Below are positions 39,823 to 42,304 of a DNA stretch of 42,304 nucleotides, in pieces. Positions within the stretch are counted from its first letter, which is position 1. Each line of letters starts with the position of its first letter. The notes beneath the pieces are model-generated. The model had not been told where the DNA came from. It was given only the letters and a program-made list of their open reading frames with translations, and searched no databases. A program made the position numbers and the translations under genes. Source of the DNA: Armatimonadota bacterium (lineage in GTDB: Bacteria; Armatimonadota; UBA5829; DTJY01); the NCBI GenBank assembly GCA_035686805.1, contig DASRZD010000208.1:1-42304 (forward strand). The letters run 5' to 3'.

Positions 39823-40088
39823 TCGCCAATCTCGATACTGTTGATGACTTCGGTCACCCCTATCACCTCGCTCGCCGCCTGCACGGCCTCATCACGAGCG
39901 ACCCCGTCGCGGACCTTCCCTTTCAGAGTGACCTTGCCGACCTCGACGGTGACATCAATGTCCTTGGGCTGAATGGCGTCATTCAGGGAGATAAGCTCGC
40001 GCACGTCTTTCTCGATCTGGTCGCTGCTTCGATAAGCCGTCGCCTGAACGGGACCCATGATATTGCTGTCATACTCGCCTTCGATCAT
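39819..40088 (-). CDS. BON-domain protein
   Basis: ~89 aa from the ATG at 40088 (GGAGG 6 nt upstream). Contains DIDVTVEVGKVTLKGKVRDGVARDEAVQAASEVIGVTEVINSIEI. Confidence 0.75.
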   Translation of the reverse strand: MIEGEYDSNIMGPVQATAYRSSDQIEKDVRELISLNDAIQPKDIDVTVEVGKVTLKGKVRDGVARDEAVQAASEVIGVTEVINSIEIGE

Positions 40089-40150
40089 CGAACACCTCCG
40101 TAGATTGCCTCTACAGAGAGTCTTACCCACCGGCAAGAAAGCGAAAACAG

Positions 40151-42304
40151 CTAGGGGATGGAAGACTTGCCTACCGGGAAGTCGTATCTCCCCTCGGCGA
40201 TCTCAATAGTTCCGGCAGTGGTCGCCTGAATAACGAGCGAGGAGCCGCGCCTCTCAATCGTGACCGTTGTGGGGATCACGAACCTGTCACCGGCCTGAAC
40301 ATCGTAGATCTTGAGCTGCCGGCCGCTCTTGAAGAGTGATGCATCCGGCACCTGAATTATCCTCTTGCCGCCAGCCGCCTTCACGTTATCAATCAGGGCA
40401 CGGGTTCCGTCGTCGGCAATGAGAAGCTTGCCTTTGAAGTAGCCGGTATCCAGGTGCTGACAGGAAGTGGAAACCTCGAGGGGAACGAGGTTGTCTATCT
40501 CCCGGCTCCCTGGAGCCGCGTCCTTTCCGACCAATCCCGAGCCGAGGATCAATGTGCCGGTATCCAGGCCGAGAACCGTCTTCCCGTTCTCTCTTTCCAC
40601 GGAGCGGATCCTGTAATAGGAGCTATGCCCGTACCCCGGCCGCGTGATGTATATGCCCTCGCCCACTAATCTAGTTGGAAGCTCTCGGTTCACTACCAGG
40701 CGGCATTTCTCGTAGTCCACCGATTCCACCGCGCCCCAGTATGAGGAACGCTCGCACTTGATGCGCACGCCTCGGATCGTAACGCCATAGCTGCCCACGA
40801 GCAGGGCGTTGCTCAGTTCATCGGGGCTGAACCTGCAGAATGCAAAGCGCCCGAGTGATGAGAAGATGTAGTCCGTGCGGCCGTCTGTCAACGCAATTCT
40901 TAGCCTGTCCGACCAGTCTGACGCGTCTGACTCGTCCGACCGCTCAACCCTGGCAACCGGATTCTCCTTGGCATAGGGCTGAAGGACGCTGACGAATGTG
41001 GACTCCAGATCAGTGCCCTTGCGCCTGAGAATTGCGAAGTTGGCATGTGGGAGCTTCGGCAAGATACCCGGTCCTTTGGCAGTGATCAGCTCGCACCCTT
41101 TGGGCGGCATAATATCTATCCGCAGATGTTCGTCTGCGCTCGCATCTACGGTCCAGGTGGCGTTTACATTCCGAGACGCCGGTCCGCGATGAATATCATA
41201 CAGAAACCCATAGCCATTCCCGGGGGGAGCAACCCAGTAAGGCCCCTTGTCCGCCTGCCCGTTGATGTCGCCGTCCGGCCCGATCTTCGTGCCCCATTGA
41301 TAGTCGGGCCCCGCCAGGCTCTCGTCCTTCACTTCTCTAAGCTCGCCGCCCTCCACGCTCGTCCGCTCGCCGATCGCATGCCACAGGAGGTCATGCGTCT
41401 GTCCGCCATGGACCCGAAAGATGTCCACCAAATACGAGTTCTTTGGATCGGCATCCACCAATACAACCGTCCTTCGGTAGCTATCCACGCCCTGGTCCTC
41501 ATACGCATGGTCGCTGGACAACTCGGCCATCTTGACCGGCCCTGAAGTCGCGAAGAGCTCCGCGCTGCCGCCGGTCGGACCGGCCTCAAGCTGATTCTTC
41601 TCATTAACCATAACCAGATTGTGGCTGCCGGTCTTATGCGCCCAGCCCGTCTGAACGTGCGCGCTCCCCAGGCTATAGCCGAAGTCGTAGGTAAGCTCAC
41701 GACCCCGCGCAAAGAAGTTCAGGTTCAGGTCATCCTGATGCCCATGAGTCACCGACGGCCCGTACCGCACAAAGGCCGCCCGATCCCCGGATCGAAGTAT
41801 TGCGAGTCCCTTGCCATCGAGCAGCGCCGATCCCTTCGGTTCAACATCCGGCTGTTTCGAATTTCGAATTTCGAATTTCGAGCTTCCCCGAACAGGGGCC
41901 GCATGGTAGAGCAGCCAATTCTTGAAACCGGTGGACGGCTCGCCCCGGACCTTCTCCACATCGCCGCCCGAGAGCCTGGTCAACATATCTGCCCAGTGAG
42001 CCTTCTCCTCGGGTGATGTAACTCTCAGGTACATGTGCTCGGCATTCATTCGGGCGAGGGTCAGGTTGGGAGCATCGTTAAGCTTGGCGACGTCTGGGCC
42101 GGAGTCGCCGTATCGGGGAACATGCCCAGCGCACAGCGTATCGAGCTCCGCCTGGACGAGCGACTTCGAGAATTTCGGGTGCTCATACAGGTTGATGCCG
42201 TTCGGGTATTTCTCGCTCCGGTAGTTGATCAGCATTTCGGCCATATCCCGGTAGAGGCCGATCGCGTGAGAGGAATACCCGTTCGATGTCTCGTAGTACT
42301 GCCC
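40151..42304 (-). CDS. Heparinase II/III-like (polysaccharide lyase family) protein; 5' end probably beyond the right edge
   Basis: SVTHGHQDDLNLNFFARGRELTYDFGY...WAHKTGSHNLVMVNE matches the Hepar_II_III pattern (HGHxD ... HN-V-V). The reading frame stays open upstream of the track's ATG (42244) to the window end (...GQYYETSNGYSSHAIGLYRDMAEM...). Confidence 0.75.
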   Translation of the reverse strand, partial: GQYYETSNGYSSHAIGLYRDMAEMLINYRSEKYPNGINLYEHPKFSKSLVQAELDTLCAGHVPRYGDSGPDVAKLNDAPNLTLARMNAEHMYLRVTSPEEKAHWADMLTRLSGGDVEKVRGEPSTGFKNWLLYHAAPVRGSSKFEIRNSKQPDVEPKGSALLDGKGLAILRSGDRAAFVRYGPSVTHGHQDDLNLNFFARGRELTYDFGYSLGSAHVQTGWAHKTGSHNLVMVNEKNQLEAGPTGGSAELFATSGPVKMAELSSDHAYEDQGVDSYRRTVVLVDADPKNSYLVDIFRVHGGQTHDLLWHAIGERTSVEGGELREVKDESLAGPDYQWGTKIGPDGDINGQADKGPYWVAPPGNGYGFLYDIHRGPASRNVNATWTVDASADEHLRIDIMPPKGCELITAKGPGILPKLPHANFAILRRKGTDLESTFVSVLQPYAKENPVARVERSDESDASDWSDRLRIALTDGRTDYIFSSLGRFAFCRFSPDELSNALLVGSYGVTIRGVRIKCERSSYWGAVESVDYEKCRLVVNRELPTRLVGEGIYITRPGYGHSSYYRIRSVERENGKTVLGLDTGTLILGSGLVGKDAAPGSREIDNLVPLEVSTSCQHLDTGYFKGKLLIADDGTRALIDNVKAAGGKRIIQVPDASLFKSGRQLKIYDVQAGDRFVIPTTVTIERRGSSLVIQATTAGTIEIAEGRYDFPVGKSSIP
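40907..40940 (-). repeat. In-frame nonamer tandem repeat encoding SDESDASDWSD inside the heparinase-like gene
   Basis: Plus strand reads gtccgac cagtctgac gcgtctgac tcgtccgac. The GTCSGAC core and 9-nt period are the same as in the uvrA repeat at 3116-3149. Confidence 0.85.
41855..41882 (-). repeat. Heptanucleotide tandem repeat (TTTCGAA x3 + TTTCGAG) inside the heparinase-like CDS, encoding SKFEIRNSK
   Basis: Direct reading: tttcgaa tttcgaa tttcgaa tttcgag. Three 7-nt units equal 21 nt, so the frame is preserved. Confidence 0.9.

Noticed and set aside
1-42304. Cyanobacterial origin suggested by STRR-like heptamers; HIP1 (GCGATCGC) enrichment
   Set aside because: I noticed only about four GCGATCGC sites by eye, for example near 2893, 24941, 33445 and 34737. 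That is far below the density typical of HIP1-rich cyanobacteria. Gene content gives no cyanobacterial signal, so the lineage is left unassigned.
1-42304. Transposons, integrases, prophage or rRNA genes
   Set aside because: No ORF shows DDE/tyrosine/serine recombinase, phage structural or rRNA-like features. The only mobility hint is the 12-bp inverted repeat around the TA island.

Overview
This is a moderately GC-rich bacterial chromosomal fragment. The lineage cannot be placed from sequence alone, but outer-membrane barrel features point to a diderm. Nearly all genes lie on the minus strand. The housekeeping backbone is uvrC (partial), uvrA, uvrB, coaE, rpsA, polA, sppA, tRNA-Leu(CAA), panD, a translationally coupled cobO / DUF62 SAM-hydrolase / URO-D-family trio, a manC-like gene, STAS, SIMPL, a CDF metal exporter, prs, BON and a partial heparinase II/III-like gene. 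Accessory content is of two kinds. (i) A 1.4-kb plus-strand island sits between uvrA and uvrB. It carries an MntA/HepT (MNT/HEPN, type VII) toxin-antitoxin pair plus a membrane protein and is bracketed by a 12-bp inverted repeat. (ii) An 18-kb, seven-gene minus-strand operon (7445-25429) encodes only signal-peptide proteins. These are three paralogous CsgG/LpoB-like proteins each followed by a hydrophobic helix, a subtilisin (S8) protease, a 713-aa secreted protein, a ~2270-aa repeat protein, and an outer-membrane protein combining a Big_1 Ig domain, an OstA/LptD-like jellyroll and a beta-barrel. The protease, the 713-aa protein and the giant protein share a Trp-rich ~170-190-aa module. This operon is my best candidate for an undescribed surface-protein export/anchoring system. 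Other notable signals are a family of heptanucleotide tandem repeats (three intergenic loci and one in-frame inside a CDS), in-frame nonamer repeats encoding (S-D-x)4 in two unrelated proteins, several near-consensus sigma70 promoters including a face-to-face pair around the tRNA gene, and a consensus promoter + leader + intrinsic terminator unit upstream of the CDF gene (riboswitch or sRNA candidate). I found no rRNA, CRISPR array, transposase, integrase or reverse transcriptase. All functional calls come from motif recognition by eye on the translated ORFs, and no database search was run.
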